The notes beneath the pieces are model-generated. The model had not been told where the DNA came from, did no database searches, and saw only the letters and a list, made by a program, of their open reading frames with translations. Position numbers and translations under genes: made by a program. Positions 51,900 through 62,658 of a stretch of DNA of 64,000 nt are shown here, one piece after another (positions within the stretch are counted from its first letter, which is position 1; the number at the start of each line of letters is the position of its first letter). Source of the stretch: a phage; the sequence record PZ583738.1. One strand, given 5' to 3'.

Positions 51900-51907
51900 T
51901 ATTTATA
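51900..51907 (-). promoter_or_regulatory. late promoter TATAAATA for gene 13
   Basis: Exact octamer on minus strand ~20 nt upstream of gene 13 ATG, directly after the wac terminator. Confidence 0.7.
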
Positions 51908-51910
51908 CGA

Positions 51911-51934
51911 AAAAAGGGCCGAAGCCCTTTTATT
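51911..51934 (-). terminator. terminator GGGC-CGAA-GCCC with flanking A6/T-run after wac
   Basis: On minus strand the hairpin is followed by T6, then the gene 13 late promoter. Confidence 0.75.
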
Positions 51935-53564
51935 ATGGTGCTGGATTTAATGTCACAAATGTTGACAAAAGAACCCATGCATTATCAACTAGAACATACG
52001 GGAGGCCATCGGCCACAGGAGCGACAGGAGGCCTTTTGGCGAGCTCTGTTTCTAAGGCTGATACTTTACCTTCTAAAGTAGTTATCTTCGTCTCGGCCGC
52101 ATCCAGGCGACCAGGAAGCGGAGTTACTGTACCTTCAAGAGTTGTCACACGAGTAGTTAATGGTGCGATTTTTGCAGTATCGAGTTTAATTGCATCAATC
52201 TCGGTTTTAGCATCGATAATTTCAGCCCAGGTTCCTTGCTTACGTCCATATAGCTTATTATCCAGTGGTGCATCGTTCAGCTTGGACGCCATCAGCATAT
52301 CCAAGTTAATTACAACCGGAAGAACACCACGTTCAGCCACAGTAGCACCGTTAGGGTTTGTACCATTCATCTGACTAGTTAAAGTCAAAATAGAACCTTT
52401 CATACCAGTGTTATTTGTACCAATTTCAGCTTGTACATCCTGGAGACCTGATGCAGTTTCGTTAGCCAGCGTAGTGGTTGCATTCAACTTATACGTGATA
52501 GTGTTTGGCTCTGGAGATTGCTCTGTACCGATTCTCTGAGAAAGCCATGCAGTGGTACCACGCAAACCGGAACTTGAATCCTGGCCAACAACAACCTGTA
52601 ATCCATTGACATCCGCTCGTAAAGCACTGATTCGACCATTAATTGTCAATGGCTCCAGTGCTGTTCCAATATCAGCTTCAACCTTAGTGAGTCTTGGTTT
52701 GATATTCGCAATATCTGTTTCATTGACCGAAACACGCCCACCAAGATTTTCAACGCGGGTTGTAATTGCAATCCCTGTACCAAAACCAATAGCTTCTTGA
52801 ATGTTGGCAATATCTTCGTCAATTTCGACTGCTTTACCATCAAGAGTATTCAGTCTAACAAATACAGCCGGTTTACCTATTGCTAAAGTAGACTCACCTA
52901 ATTCTTCGCGAATTTTAATTACTTTTACGTTAAGAGAACCAACATCAGAATCATGGTAATTGTCCTCAAGAGTCTTAATACGAACTCCATGAGCAACAAT
53001 AGCAGAACTGTTATCGATGATGCGGCGTTTCATGCCTTTTGATGGATTGCCGATAACCTGGAGACCATTTATATCTTGGTCAACATACTGACCTAATTCA
53101 TTTTTAATCCATACGAGGTCATTACGAACTGTGCGATAATATGAATCGGTTAACGGGTCATAAGCACCAACATCTTCTTTTAACGTTTTAAGACCTTCGG
53201 ATGTTTCACTTGACAGCAATTCGGTATTAAATTGACGTTCATCAAGGTCAAGAATATCCGTACGGTTTTTTTCAATTTGTTTAACAACTTCTGTGTTAGT
53301 TGTTATATCCAAAGCTTCCTGAATATTATTGACGTTATCAATAATTTCGTTGATTTTTTCTTTAGATGCATTTGAGTTGTCGTCGAGTGTATCTACGTTT
53401 GTTTGAACGCCAACTGCAGCGGCGTTCAAATTACCATCATAACCATATTTGGTACTGGCCGCAGTCATACAATCGCCGTTTTGTATCCAACGAATTCTCT
53501 GTTGACCTTCGTCTGGAATACCGATGCTATACGGCAGCTCTTTGAGACTGAGTTTATTAATCAT
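51933..53564 (-). CDS. wac: fibritin (whisker antigen control protein)
   Basis: Start set at MINKLSLKELPYSIGIPDEGQQRIRWI (AAGGA RBS), matching the T4 Wac N-terminus; coiled-coil body; C-terminal foldon-like (GLPYVLVDNAWVLLSTF). Confidence 0.92.
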   Translation of the reverse strand: MINKLSLKELPYSIGIPDEGQQRIRWIQNGDCMTAASTKYGYDGNLNAAAVGVQTNVDTLDDNSNASKEKINEIIDNVNNIQEALDITTNTEVVKQIEKNRTDILDLDERQFNTELLSSETSEGLKTLKEDVGAYDPLTDSYYRTVRNDLVWIKNELGQYVDQDINGLQVIGNPSKGMKRRIIDNSSAIVAHGVRIKTLEDNYHDSDVGSLNVKVIKIREELGESTLAIGKPAVFVRLNTLDGKAVEIDEDIANIQEAIGFGTGIAITTRVENLGGRVSVNETDIANIKPRLTKVEADIGTALEPLTINGRISALRADVNGLQVVVGQDSSSGLRGTTAWLSQRIGTEQSPEPNTITYKLNATTTLANETASGLQDVQAEIGTNNTGMKGSILTLTSQMNGTNPNGATVAERGVLPVVINLDMLMASKLNDAPLDNKLYGRKQGTWAEIIDAKTEIDAIKLDTAKIAPLTTRVTTLEGTVTPLPGRLDAAETKITTLEGKVSALETELAKRPPVAPVADGLPYVLVDNAWVLLSTFVTLNPAP

Positions 53565-53572
53565 TTTGGTCC

Positions 53573-55123
53573 TTAGTAATGAATTTTGATAATATAGTTT
53601 AAAGACATATTCCATGGGCGAGTTTCATAACCAATAAGACCTTCACGGTTTAATGTACCTAAAGCATCTCTGCCGCCACCGAGTTCAAATCCATCGTTAG
53701 TAAAATATGAAGCGTTATCCCAGTCTGCATATTTTCTTGTGCCCAGATAACCCTGATAAACTGATGCACCAAATGGAGCTTCGTTGCGTTGGTATTCACC
53801 CCAGCCACCCGCGTGTTTATGATATGACATTTGCTGAGCTTGTACACCACCGACCCATGAACCATCACAACCAACACCCAAACGGTCTTTGCCATAACCA
53901 TCTTGACCGCGGTTATTCAGAATATGTCCACCGGTACCAGCACCGCGAACAAACAAACCGCGCATATCAGGAATACCGACGTTAGTCCAATCGCCACCAA
54001 AACGAGTTCCAACAGTATTTCGATAGTCAGGGAATTGGTCACCATTAACGGTGCCACCATGACACATAATCCAACCAGGAGGAGCACTATCACCCGCGAA
54101 CATCATCACTGTTCCGACAGGAACGCGTTCGGAAGCATAACGCTGTGTGGAAAGTAATTGGCCACCCATATGGGCCGTATTAGAATCAAAATTGCCGGTG
54201 GAAATATAATCTAAAGAAAGACTTCCATTAATTCGTTGACCGCCGCGAGTGTTGATTACATCGGCGTTCCAAGCCAGCGCCCCGGCACCGTCACCACCAG
54301 GAGCAACCCCAGCCTGAGTAGTTAATCTAACAACACCGCGAATATCGGTTGTAGCACCACGACCATTAAGAGTTGCTCCGGTTACCGCAACACCATCAGC
54401 ACTGTTATTAATCTCTGACTGAGTACCAAGACGAATAATCCCCGCGCGGTCTTGTGTTGCTGTACGAGCATTTAAACCAGCCGGAGAAATTGCTACACCG
54501 TCACCCAGAGTTCCTGCTTGCACTTCAGCATTTGTAGCAATTCGTACTAAACCAGAAACAGTTTGTGTGGCAGTTGAATAAGTCGGAAGAGCTGCTGTTG
54601 CTTTGCCAATTGCCAGAGCAACTTTCAACGGAGACATAGCGGTTGTATCATCTGTACCAGCTAAAGCTGCATCCTCGGTACTAATACGAAGAACACCCAA
54701 ATTATTTTCGGTACCGACACGAACAGCAAAAACATCATCAATTGTTGCTTTTAATGAAGACGGAACAATAGCCGCATCGGTTAATGTCCCGGCAATTGCT
54801 TCAGCATTGGTTGCATAACGGGTAATACCTACATAAGTTTCTGTGGCTTGCGTAGGGATGTCTAAACGAGCTTTTAAGGTCGCTGGAGTAACTGCAGAGT
54901 CTGGACTAATACCATCAATAACTTCTTGTGTGGTGGCTAGTCTGATGAGTCCTGCAGTCGTTTCGGAAGAGGCTGGGATATATCCATCTAACGCAATTTT
55001 ATTAAGAGACCCTAAAGCCTCTTGTACGTTGGTAACAGTCGACGGGAAAGCTGTCCCCGTCGGGTCGAACGTTTTATATTCAGATTTATCGCTAATGTGT
55101 TTTAGCGTGTTAGTCGTTGTCAT
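53573..55123 (-). CDS. 12: short tail fiber protein gp12
   Basis: 516 aa; C-terminal receptor-binding region matches T4 gp12 (QQMSYHKHAGG.GEY, RPWN.SLNYIIK). Confidence 0.95.
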   Translation of the reverse strand: MTTTNTLKHISDKSEYKTFDPTGTAFPSTVTNVQEALGSLNKIALDGYIPASSETTAGLIRLATTQEVIDGISPDSAVTPATLKARLDIPTQATETYVGITRYATNAEAIAGTLTDAAIVPSSLKATIDDVFAVRVGTENNLGVLRISTEDAALAGTDDTTAMSPLKVALAIGKATAALPTYSTATQTVSGLVRIATNAEVQAGTLGDGVAISPAGLNARTATQDRAGIIRLGTQSEINNSADGVAVTGATLNGRGATTDIRGVVRLTTQAGVAPGGDGAGALAWNADVINTRGGQRINGSLSLDYISTGNFDSNTAHMGGQLLSTQRYASERVPVGTVMMFAGDSAPPGWIMCHGGTVNGDQFPDYRNTVGTRFGGDWTNVGIPDMRGLFVRGAGTGGHILNNRGQDGYGKDRLGVGCDGSWVGGVQAQQMSYHKHAGGWGEYQRNEAPFGASVYQGYLGTRKYADWDNASYFTNDGFELGGGRDALGTLNREGLIGYETRPWNMSLNYIIKIHY

Positions 55124-55788
55124 TACGATACTCGCTTATAATGGTAAAGTGAAATTGCGCCATTTGCTGTGCCACCTGATAATGTCTGGGTTGAAGTTCC
55201 AAGATATTCCCAGGAACCATAACCACCGCGCGGTTGCTGTGTAATAATCTGGCTAAGCGTACAACCATATTGAGCGAAAGGTGCAAAATTATGGTTTTGG
55301 TAGTCGTTATATGTAATATTTAATATAGACTGGTCCACACTATCAATTGCAGAGCTTGACACAATTAAACTATCAGCAACAGCCGTCAGCAAAGCATCGT
55401 TAACCTTGGAAGCAACCAATACAGCCGAATCCCCGACAATAACCTCAACCGGAATACCAAAAATGAAAAACAAAACAGTATCACCGACCCCAGCGCCAGA
55501 AATAGACCCGGTGAATTTAATTTTATCCGACTGACTAATTGCAGCAGGAGAAAGGTTATTTGTATTAGTAATTACACTGCCAACCGGAAGCTCACATCGA
55601 AACGCAATATCATCTATTGCGCTCTGAACTGTTGGATAAAAAATACCCTCGGTTGTTTGTGTTGCGGATGGGCCGCCGATTGCTCGTTGACCCATGACAG
55701 CCGTAATATTTTTTGATGTATTTTGAAATTCTAAGTAACTAGCAAGGCGGGAAATTACTCCAGCCTTTTTATTCGTTAATGTTTTCAT
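55123..55788 (-). CDS. 11: baseplate wedge / short tail fiber connector gp11
   Basis: 221 aa; NKKAGVISRLA N-terminus resembles T4 gp11; position. Confidence 0.88.
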   Translation of the reverse strand: MKTLTNKKAGVISRLASYLEFQNTSKNITAVMGQRAIGGPSATQTTEGIFYPTVQSAIDDIAFRCELPVGSVITNTNNLSPAAISQSDKIKFTGSISGAGVGDTVLFFIFGIPVEVIVGDSAVLVASKVNDALLTAVADSLIVSSSAIDSVDQSILNITYNDYQNHNFAPFAQYGCTLSQIITQQPRGGYGSWEYLGTSTQTLSGGTANGAISLYHYKRVS

Positions 55789-57599
55789 TAAGCAATCCTT
55801 ACCCAGCGATGAGCAATCAAATATGGAGGCATTGTATAAACCGGTTGAGCTTGAGGGTCTTGCGCCTGATTAATAGTGGCTTTGTCTTCTCTGTATTTGG
55901 TATAGGCTGGACCTTGTGCATCTGGGTCTACCTGACAACCGCCGACAACAATCGGACCATTATCATCAACAACCAAAAATTTCTCATCGGTTTCAAGTTT
56001 AGGTACGTTTATATCTTTAATATGAACTTCAACACTACCACCTGTGCCACCCGCCGTCGCTTGTGGGTTACCACCAGAATCCAGGTCATTATTGTTTGTA
56101 TGGAAGTTTGAGGCAGGGTCGTCCGACCAGGCAACAATTACACGTTCTTTCAAACGTTTCCATGAACCAAACCCCATATAAGTAACCGGGTTATTCGGGT
56201 TAACCGTATTTTCGTAAATTGTACCAACCGGATAGAATAATTCAAAGATAGCGCCAACAGAAGATGGAACAACTTCCTGAAGACCGACTGGTTCAACGTT
56301 TGGTGCAAACGGATTATCAAAATCTGTAATACGTACACGACCGGTTAAGCTCAATGTATTTCCCTGAGAAACATAAAGAGTGTCAGTCTCATCACGGATT
56401 TCATCCATGGTCATAGTTGTGCCGATATCGTTATTGTACCAAATGACCGACAGAATATCACCATCTTCAAATTCACGATAAATGCTAATACCTTCGATGC
56501 GGTTGTCATCATCAAATTGCAGCAAATAATCCTGGGTTGATTCAGACCAACTGCCACCATTTGCGCTACATTCTGCCGCAGTGGAACCTTGCGCACCTTC
56601 GCAATAAAATACTGGAGTTCCTGCAGTCCCGGCTTGGTGTTGTAAAATACTGTTAATGAATACCTGACATGCATTTGGGTTAATTGGGCTACCCGGAGAG
56701 ATACCAAGTTCTTCAATTGTAAAGGTGTGTTTGGATGTCAAATCTGTAACAATCAAAGAACCATTAATTGTTGTTTCTTTGGTCCTGTCCTGACTACGAA
56801 CAAGTACATCACGACGATTATACGAACTACGCCATTGAGCAATACCATCATTAAATGTTCGGATGATAACAGTATCACCTTCAGCACATGGCATTTTCAG
56901 ACGGATGCTTTTACCATCAAGCGCAACGATTTCACCAGGGTTTGCACCAGGGGAACCAAATTCAGCATTCACCGGGTCGAAAATATCATCTTTACCATAA
57001 AACAGGTCGTTACCACGATGTTTGACTTCTAAGTTCGATACGCTATACGGAATAGCACCAAACACATTGATAAAGTCAGTTTGTCCTTCGGTAGCAATAA
57101 ACTGTTGGGATGCAACTGTAGCAACGTCGTTATTTGAAATTTTATCGACTTGTTTATTATCGATATATTCCCAACGACCTGGTGAACAATATACAAGTTC
57201 AAGGTCAGCTAAGTTGCGTTTAATTTCTACTGGATTTGGTGAGCCTTTAATCGTATCCCCGACTGCAGGAACAATTGTCACCGGGTTGATTTGCCAGGTA
57301 GCAAACACGTCACGCAAGCGAATTACATAATTGTATTCTTGAGTTGTTCCTTTCGGGAGGACGACTCGAACAGCACCGGCTGATGTATCGATGGTATAGC
57401 TTCGACCCATAACAGCAGACAACTCGGTGCCTTCTTGTGTAGTCCAAGTTTTCCATGCACCAGCCGCATGAGGATTTTCACCGTCACCCAGCTGATAATA
57501 AAGGTCGTCAAAGTTATTGTTTATTTTTTGACCGCCGAGACGAAGGTAATCACCAGTACCATCATCAACCATATTGCCAATTTTTAAATTCTGTTTCAT
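55788..57599 (-). CDS. 10: baseplate wedge protein gp10
   Basis: 603 aa; matches T4 gp10 (MKQN..IGN.VDDGTGDYLR.GG.KIN.NFD.LYY.LGDG, PNNPVTYMGFGSWK). Confidence 0.95.
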   Translation of the reverse strand: MKQNLKIGNMVDDGTGDYLRLGGQKINNNFDDLYYQLGDGENPHAAGAWKTWTTQEGTELSAVMGRSYTIDTSAGAVRVVLPKGTTQEYNYVIRLRDVFATWQINPVTIVPAVGDTIKGSPNPVEIKRNLADLELVYCSPGRWEYIDNKQVDKISNNDVATVASQQFIATEGQTDFINVFGAIPYSVSNLEVKHRGNDLFYGKDDIFDPVNAEFGSPGANPGEIVALDGKSIRLKMPCAEGDTVIIRTFNDGIAQWRSSYNRRDVLVRSQDRTKETTINGSLIVTDLTSKHTFTIEELGISPGSPINPNACQVFINSILQHQAGTAGTPVFYCEGAQGSTAAECSANGGSWSESTQDYLLQFDDDNRIEGISIYREFEDGDILSVIWYNNDIGTTMTMDEIRDETDTLYVSQGNTLSLTGRVRITDFDNPFAPNVEPVGLQEVVPSSVGAIFELFYPVGTIYENTVNPNNPVTYMGFGSWKRLKERVIVAWSDDPASNFHTNNNDLDSGGNPQATAGGTGGSVEVHIKDINVPKLETDEKFLVVDDNGPIVVGGCQVDPDAQGPAYTKYREDKATINQAQDPQAQPVYTMPPYLIAHRWVRIA

Positions 57600-58468
57600 T
57601 ATACCGGTACTCCGATTGTTTGGGCGGAAATTACTTTAATAGCGAGCTTCATGGCAGTGGGTGAGCTTATAGCCGCCTGAATGATATCCTGGTTATCAAT
57701 TCTAAAATCGATGGCATATATCTCATCTTCTTCATTAGTTTGTCCACGTCTGATTACAGCGTATTCTGTGCTATATACCTTGCGGTCCTTAAGGTCGATG
57801 TAAAGTAATATTTCTGATGCTTTGTATTTAGTTTCGTCTGTTGAAATAGCTGTCAGCATCAATTTGATAGTTTTATAATCTGCGCGGAAAGCAAGTGGAA
57901 TATCACGAACAACCGAGCTCATATTGTATGTTTTGTCGAGCAATACAGATTGGTTGCCAAACATACTTTCAATTTTGTAGTCCCAGGTCCCTACGCCGTT
58001 AGCATCGTCAATACACCACAATGTAATTTTTGTATAAGGCTGAGTAAATTTCATTTTGTTCGTTGCAGCAGTCAGGAATGAATCCGTGCCTTGTAGTTCA
58101 ACTTCCAGAGGCAACGAGGTGGATAATGAACCATTGGAGTTAATAAAGATAACACCTTCGCCTGCTTTACCTTTTGCAATTCTTGCAGTGATAACACCTT
58201 CGGCAGTATTGACATCTCGCATAGAACCGAGAGCAACAGTCGAGTTCCATTCGATGATATTTGTGGCTTTTTGATAGTAGCCAGTCGCATGAAGTACCTG
58301 GGAGTTTTCTCCATTGTTCACAGAGTACAGACGCTGGTCGCCGAATGTATTATACAAACTGTCTAAATCCACGTTCAGTTTACGACCGCCTTCATATAGA
58401 ATATCACCGGTGCTGGCGTTACCAATCTCGCCGATGTCTACTAATAATTTTGGGGTTTGATTAATCAT
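57599..58468 (-). CDS. 9: baseplate wedge protein gp9 (long tail fiber socket)
   Basis: 289 aa; position; own TATAAATA late promoter. Confidence 0.9.
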   Translation of the reverse strand: MINQTPKLLVDIGEIGNASTGDILYEGGRKLNVDLDSLYNTFGDQRLYSVNNGENSQVLHATGYYQKATNIIEWNSTVALGSMRDVNTAEGVITARIAKGKAGEGVIFINSNGSLSTSLPLEVELQGTDSFLTAATNKMKFTQPYTKITLWCIDDANGVGTWDYKIESMFGNQSVLLDKTYNMSSVVRDIPLAFRADYKTIKLMLTAISTDETKYKASEILLYIDLKDRKVYSTEYAVIRRGQTNEEDEIYAIDFRIDNQDIIQAAISSPTAMKLAIKVISAQTIGVPV

Positions 58469-58495
58469 AGGTAAGCCTCGTTATTGATATAGCTA

Positions 58496-58503
58496 TATTT
58501 ATA
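58496..58503 (-). promoter_or_regulatory. late promoter TATAAATA for gene 9
   Basis: Exact octamer on minus strand ~30 nt upstream of gene 9 ATG, after the gene 8 terminator. Confidence 0.7.
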
Positions 58504-58508
58504 GAATA

Positions 58509-58533
58509 AAAAAGGGACCCGAAGGTCCCTTGT
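58509..58533 (-). terminator. terminator GGGACC-CGAA-GGTCCC after gene 8
   Basis: On minus strand followed by T6, then the gene 9 late promoter. Confidence 0.8.
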
Positions 58534-59537
58534 TAGAATTCAAAAATAATGTTAACTTCTTCTGTCTGGTCCATTGCACGAATAATCGGTGGGCGGTTTT
58601 CCATATAAATCATTTCCCCGGAATGACGGTCCAAATCAATTGCATCGTAGTATTCTTTGATTGCTTTGATATTTGGGTCATTAGGATGTACTTTAACTTC
58701 AAGTGGGTTGGATATAATCGACAGCTGGCGGAAGCCTTTGTTCCCTGGAAGACTGAACTCTGGGAAATAAATGGAATCCATAAATGCTTTAAATCTGATT
58801 GTATATCCTTTGATTCTGTATATTAAACCGAAATCATCTTGTTGCCAGCTGATATTGTCTTTGTAACCCCAACGTGATGGGTCTTCTTCAATTTCTTCAG
58901 GCCATGGAACAACAATATATTCGTTAGTACAACGGTTGATGGATACATCAGGTGGAATCTCATACAAATATTCCCAGAGATAACCATCGCCCATATCGAC
59001 TCGTCCTTCTGTATCACCAGTCCCAGCTGGAGCTCTCGTCGAGTTATATTCAGCAGTCCATTTACCACCGAGTTTTAAACACTCTTCTTTATTGATAATA
59101 GAATAAATGGAGCAAGTCCCAACATCAGGAACGTCTACACAACGATAAACCATCCAACCTTTACCAACATCAGTTCGGTTATACGGAGCACTGTTAGCTA
59201 CAACAATTTCCCCTACCTGGAAGTTAAGCGGATTGGGATATCTGATATCGCCCCAGTCTTTACGTGGGACAACACAATCAAGCATTGACTTATAAACTTT
59301 GACTGCACCCATCATATTTGTCCAAGTATCTTCAACACCTTGTGCTGTGTCAACCGGATAAGGAGGGGCGAACCCCGGGTCATTCTCATTCGAAGCCCAG
59401 GGTTCAGCACGACCGAACGTTACATACATCGTATTCTGGTCGGGCTCATTACCAATCATTTTATAAAAGTTATACATTTTTTCAGTTCGAAATTTCGAGG
59501 TAATTATCGAACGATAAACTACAGATGAATTATTCAT
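58533..59537 (-). CDS. 8: baseplate wedge protein gp8
   Basis: 334 aa; near-colinear with T4 gp8 (YRSIITSKFRTEKM.NFY, RCTNEYIVVPWPEE, GFRQLSIISNPLE). Confidence 0.95.
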   Translation of the reverse strand: MNNSSVVYRSIITSKFRTEKMYNFYKMIGNEPDQNTMYVTFGRAEPWASNENDPGFAPPYPVDTAQGVEDTWTNMMGAVKVYKSMLDCVVPRKDWGDIRYPNPLNFQVGEIVVANSAPYNRTDVGKGWMVYRCVDVPDVGTCSIYSIINKEECLKLGGKWTAEYNSTRAPAGTGDTEGRVDMGDGYLWEYLYEIPPDVSINRCTNEYIVVPWPEEIEEDPSRWGYKDNISWQQDDFGLIYRIKGYTIRFKAFMDSIYFPEFSLPGNKGFRQLSIISNPLEVKVHPNDPNIKAIKEYYDAIDLDRHSGEMIYMENRPPIIRAMDQTEEVNIIFEF

Positions 59538-62500
59538 TTACCTTTACCTGTGATGGGTCTTTCGGGTCGCGTGGATTACCAATATCATCCTTAAGACGTT
59601 GATTAACCAAATTGCGCCAGTTCGCAAAAGTCACGGCAGACTGGTCAAACAATGGACTGTATTTTTTACGACGTTCAGACGGGAGAGTCCCATGAAAATC
59701 TGAAAAATCGTTTTCGGCATCATAATCTGCCGGTAATGGGAACGGTAAACCTGCGTTAGGAGCAATATTATATACTGCTTCGCCTGTAACAGCATTATGC
59801 TCAATGTTTCCATCGGCTCCAATAACTGCAATACGGTCACACCATTCTGACGGAATACCCGACGACCAACGATAGTTGTTCAGTTTATTGATAATGGTTT
59901 CTGTATGTTTTAATGACAGACCAGCATTAACAAACATTGTCAATAATGTAATTCCAACAAATCCAAATCCAACCGGATGAACAAATCGCAATACGTCATT
60001 ACGATAACGAGATGTCGGGAGACTTGATTTAATGGTCATTACATAGTAAGAACGATTTCGGTTGATATAATCGATGTTGTTGCTAAGCAATTCTTTCCCG
60101 CGAACGCCCTGAACAATCATGCCTCCAAAGGAAGTCCTTTCGGATTTAATTTCTTGCCCAACAATAAAGCGACCAAGCAAGTTATGAATCGTGATACGCC
60201 ATCTCAATTTACCCTGTTTGTAGTCACGCTCCATATAGGTAACGTTACTGCGGCCGGTTGGTGTGTAAATTGTTTGCCCAACAATATCTTCGCTGATATT
60301 ATCAGATTCGACAATTATGTCATACTCGGTTCCGTTCTTGGATTCAATATCGATTTCAACGTCTTCATTATATAACAATTTGAATAAAAACTTATAGGAT
60401 GCTTCAGTCCCCTTGGTTGCCCAAAAATCAGACTGTCTTGCTTCAAAGAAACGAACTACTTCGTCACGCTTGGTCTTTGACAAATATATGTTTCTTTTGT
60501 ACATTTCACTCCAAAGGTATTCCCATGCATCTTCCTCGCGTGGGTACTGGTTGCGAATCAAGTTCAAAAGGTTGTTATAATATGTGCCAGAACCATCACT
60601 GATAAACTGTAAATAATATTCACAGAATTTTTCGAAGTTGCTATCCTGGAGCAAATAACTATCCGGAACCATCTTTGTTAAAAGAGGACGCAAGTCCGGG
60701 TCTTTCTCTTGTTCATCATTATCCGGGGTCCATGGAATATCATGTTCCTGGTTCTGTAATTCTGCAGTGAACATAACTTCTTTCGGTTTCCAGATTAATC
60801 TAACTTCATCACGCATACGATAGTCGAATTCAAAATAACCAATAAGCTCACCAGTATTTTTATGTAACATAATACCCGAGGCATATTTTTTAAAGCCATT
60901 GAATTCGATGTTAGGAGAAGTAACTTTCACTTGACCTTTATTCCAGTATTCGTGCACAATACGTTCAGGGGATGAACCACCAAAGGTATCGATAATCTTT
61001 TGATACAGCATGTCATTATATACAACCAGAGCTCTGTCTGATGTGGTAATCCAACAACGAGTATCATCACGGCGAGACCAGTTAAAGAACGGTTCAGCGT
61101 AATATGACATACGTCCAGGTTTAAACTCTTCCCAACCTGAATCTTTATTCGACCTAAAACTCATCATCAAATAATGCTTGTCATGTATCCATTGTTCATC
61201 ATACACATATTTGACTGCTTCGTTAACTTCTTCAGGATACTTAGCAGGGAGTTCGGTATCTGGCTCAACGGAATAACGGAAGTTACTTGAACTGATAAAA
61301 AGTTCAATTCCATCAGTTGACATGCTTGTGTAACCATGTTCAATACGGCGACGTTCATCCTCTGTATTACCAAAAACTCGTGTCCATGTATCGGTATCGG
61401 TATTTAATTTATAAACGCCCTTTGATAATGAATCGACAACGTTTTCAGGCTTAGTCGGGTCTTGGCGTTCTTCCTTTACTTCACCCGTGATTAATGCAAA
61501 CACTTCACCGTCAATTGAATCCATCTTGTAACAAACAGCTTTTGGGTTGCCGCTTATTGTGCTATATCCAGCTTCAAATAATTTTTCACCGAATGTTGGA
61601 GAGTTAGGGTCATTATCAATTGGAGCATCAGAAGATTTAGCTTTGTATACACGGTCGCGGCCAGCAACGTAAATCATGGAATCGGTCGTAGTAATTGCTT
61701 CGGCAATTGTTGAGATATATGCCGGGAGTCTTGCGTATGTGCCAAATATTTCAATATCAAATCCGAGATTGAAATCCGAACCAATTTTTGCAAATGTTAT
61801 ATCCTGAGAACTGAATCGAACATCATCAGCAGACCATCTTATGTCACTTGATTTACGACCGTAAAAAATTCGGTCATATCCGAGTACATAAGTTGTCGTA
61901 TCTGATTGATAATAAATTGTGCGCGATACTGGGTTACCGATACGGTCATTAAACAATTTTACATAATACCAGTTCTGCCCTTTATCATTGGAGACTTTGA
62001 CAGTTGTCTGGAATCGTTCAAACAAATACAGTACGCCACCAAGTTCAGCAATCATTGTACGATTAACATCATTACACACCGGCTGAATACTACCCTGAAT
62101 TTCGTGATATTGGTCTTCTTTTAATACATAGTTTGAAATTGAAGACAAATGAGAATAAGCAGGAGTAAAGCTAAAATCTTCAGACATCAGCGATGCCATA
62201 ATTGCATCATTATTAAAGTTGATATAAGCCTGGTTATTGTTTGTGAATTTTTCTTCGATGAATTTATTTGTTAATGTAAACTCACGCATGTGTTCAAATG
62301 TGTATGCGTTAGTTGCAAAGGTTTCAAATTCTTCGGTATAAACCCAATCAGATTGTTCAAAACCCATTGCTGCAACAGCAACACGCATTTTGTAAAATGA
62401 TACTGGACGAATAAAATCTTGTTCGAACCATTCATTGTCTGGAGTATAACCTAAATTCCTCCATAACAGATTTTCTTCTGGAATAGCAACACCATTTTCT

Positions 62501-62628
62501 TTTGTCGGAGCAATCTCAACAAAATAATAAAAGTTGGCGCCAACATTATCCCATTTTATGCTAACCTGGTTAGCAGATAGTTTATCAATCCGTAAGCTGG
62601 TTACATAAGGGGCTTTAACACTCATCAT
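59530..62628 (-). CDS. 7: baseplate wedge initiator gp7
   Basis: Start set at MMSVKAPYVTSLRIDKLSANQ (AAGGA RBS) to match T4 gp7 MTVKAPSVTSLRISKLSANQ; track ORF extends 31 codons further upstream; long identity blocks. Confidence 0.95.
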   Translation of the reverse strand: MMSVKAPYVTSLRIDKLSANQVSIKWDNVGANFYYFVEIAPTKENGVAIPEENLLWRNLGYTPDNEWFEQDFIRPVSFYKMRVAVAAMGFEQSDWVYTEEFETFATNAYTFEHMREFTLTNKFIEEKFTNNNQAYINFNNDAIMASLMSEDFSFTPAYSHLSSISNYVLKEDQYHEIQGSIQPVCNDVNRTMIAELGGVLYLFERFQTTVKVSNDKGQNWYYVKLFNDRIGNPVSRTIYYQSDTTTYVLGYDRIFYGRKSSDIRWSADDVRFSSQDITFAKIGSDFNLGFDIEIFGTYARLPAYISTIAEAITTTDSMIYVAGRDRVYKAKSSDAPIDNDPNSPTFGEKLFEAGYSTISGNPKAVCYKMDSIDGEVFALITGEVKEERQDPTKPENVVDSLSKGVYKLNTDTDTWTRVFGNTEDERRRIEHGYTSMSTDGIELFISSSNFRYSVEPDTELPAKYPEEVNEAVKYVYDEQWIHDKHYLMMSFRSNKDSGWEEFKPGRMSYYAEPFFNWSRRDDTRCWITTSDRALVVYNDMLYQKIIDTFGGSSPERIVHEYWNKGQVKVTSPNIEFNGFKKYASGIMLHKNTGELIGYFEFDYRMRDEVRLIWKPKEVMFTAELQNQEHDIPWTPDNDEQEKDPDLRPLLTKMVPDSYLLQDSNFEKFCEYYLQFISDGSGTYYNNLLNLIRNQYPREEDAWEYLWSEMYKRNIYLSKTKRDEVVRFFEARQSDFWATKGTEASYKFLFKLLYNEDVEIDIESKNGTEYDIIVESDNISEDIVGQTIYTPTGRSNVTYMERDYKQGKLRWRITIHNLLGRFIVGQEIKSERTSFGGMIVQGVRGKELLSNNIDYINRNRSYYVMTIKSSLPTSRYRNDVLRFVHPVGFGFVGITLLTMFVNAGLSLKHTETIINKLNNYRWSSGIPSEWCDRIAVIGADGNIEHNAVTGEAVYNIAPNAGLPFPLPADYDAENDFSDFHGTLPSERRKKYSPLFDQSAVTFANWRNLVNQRLKDDIGNPRDPKDPSQVKVNE

Positions 62629-62640
62629 GGTTTCCTTAAA

Positions 62641-62658
62641 AAGCCTCCGAAGAGGCTT
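62641..62658 (-). terminator. hairpin AAGCCTC-CGAA-GAGGCTT plus T5 between gene 6 and gene 7 (attenuator-like)
   Basis: Overlaps gene 6 stop; T-run merges into the gene 7 RBS (AAGGAAA). Confidence 0.5.
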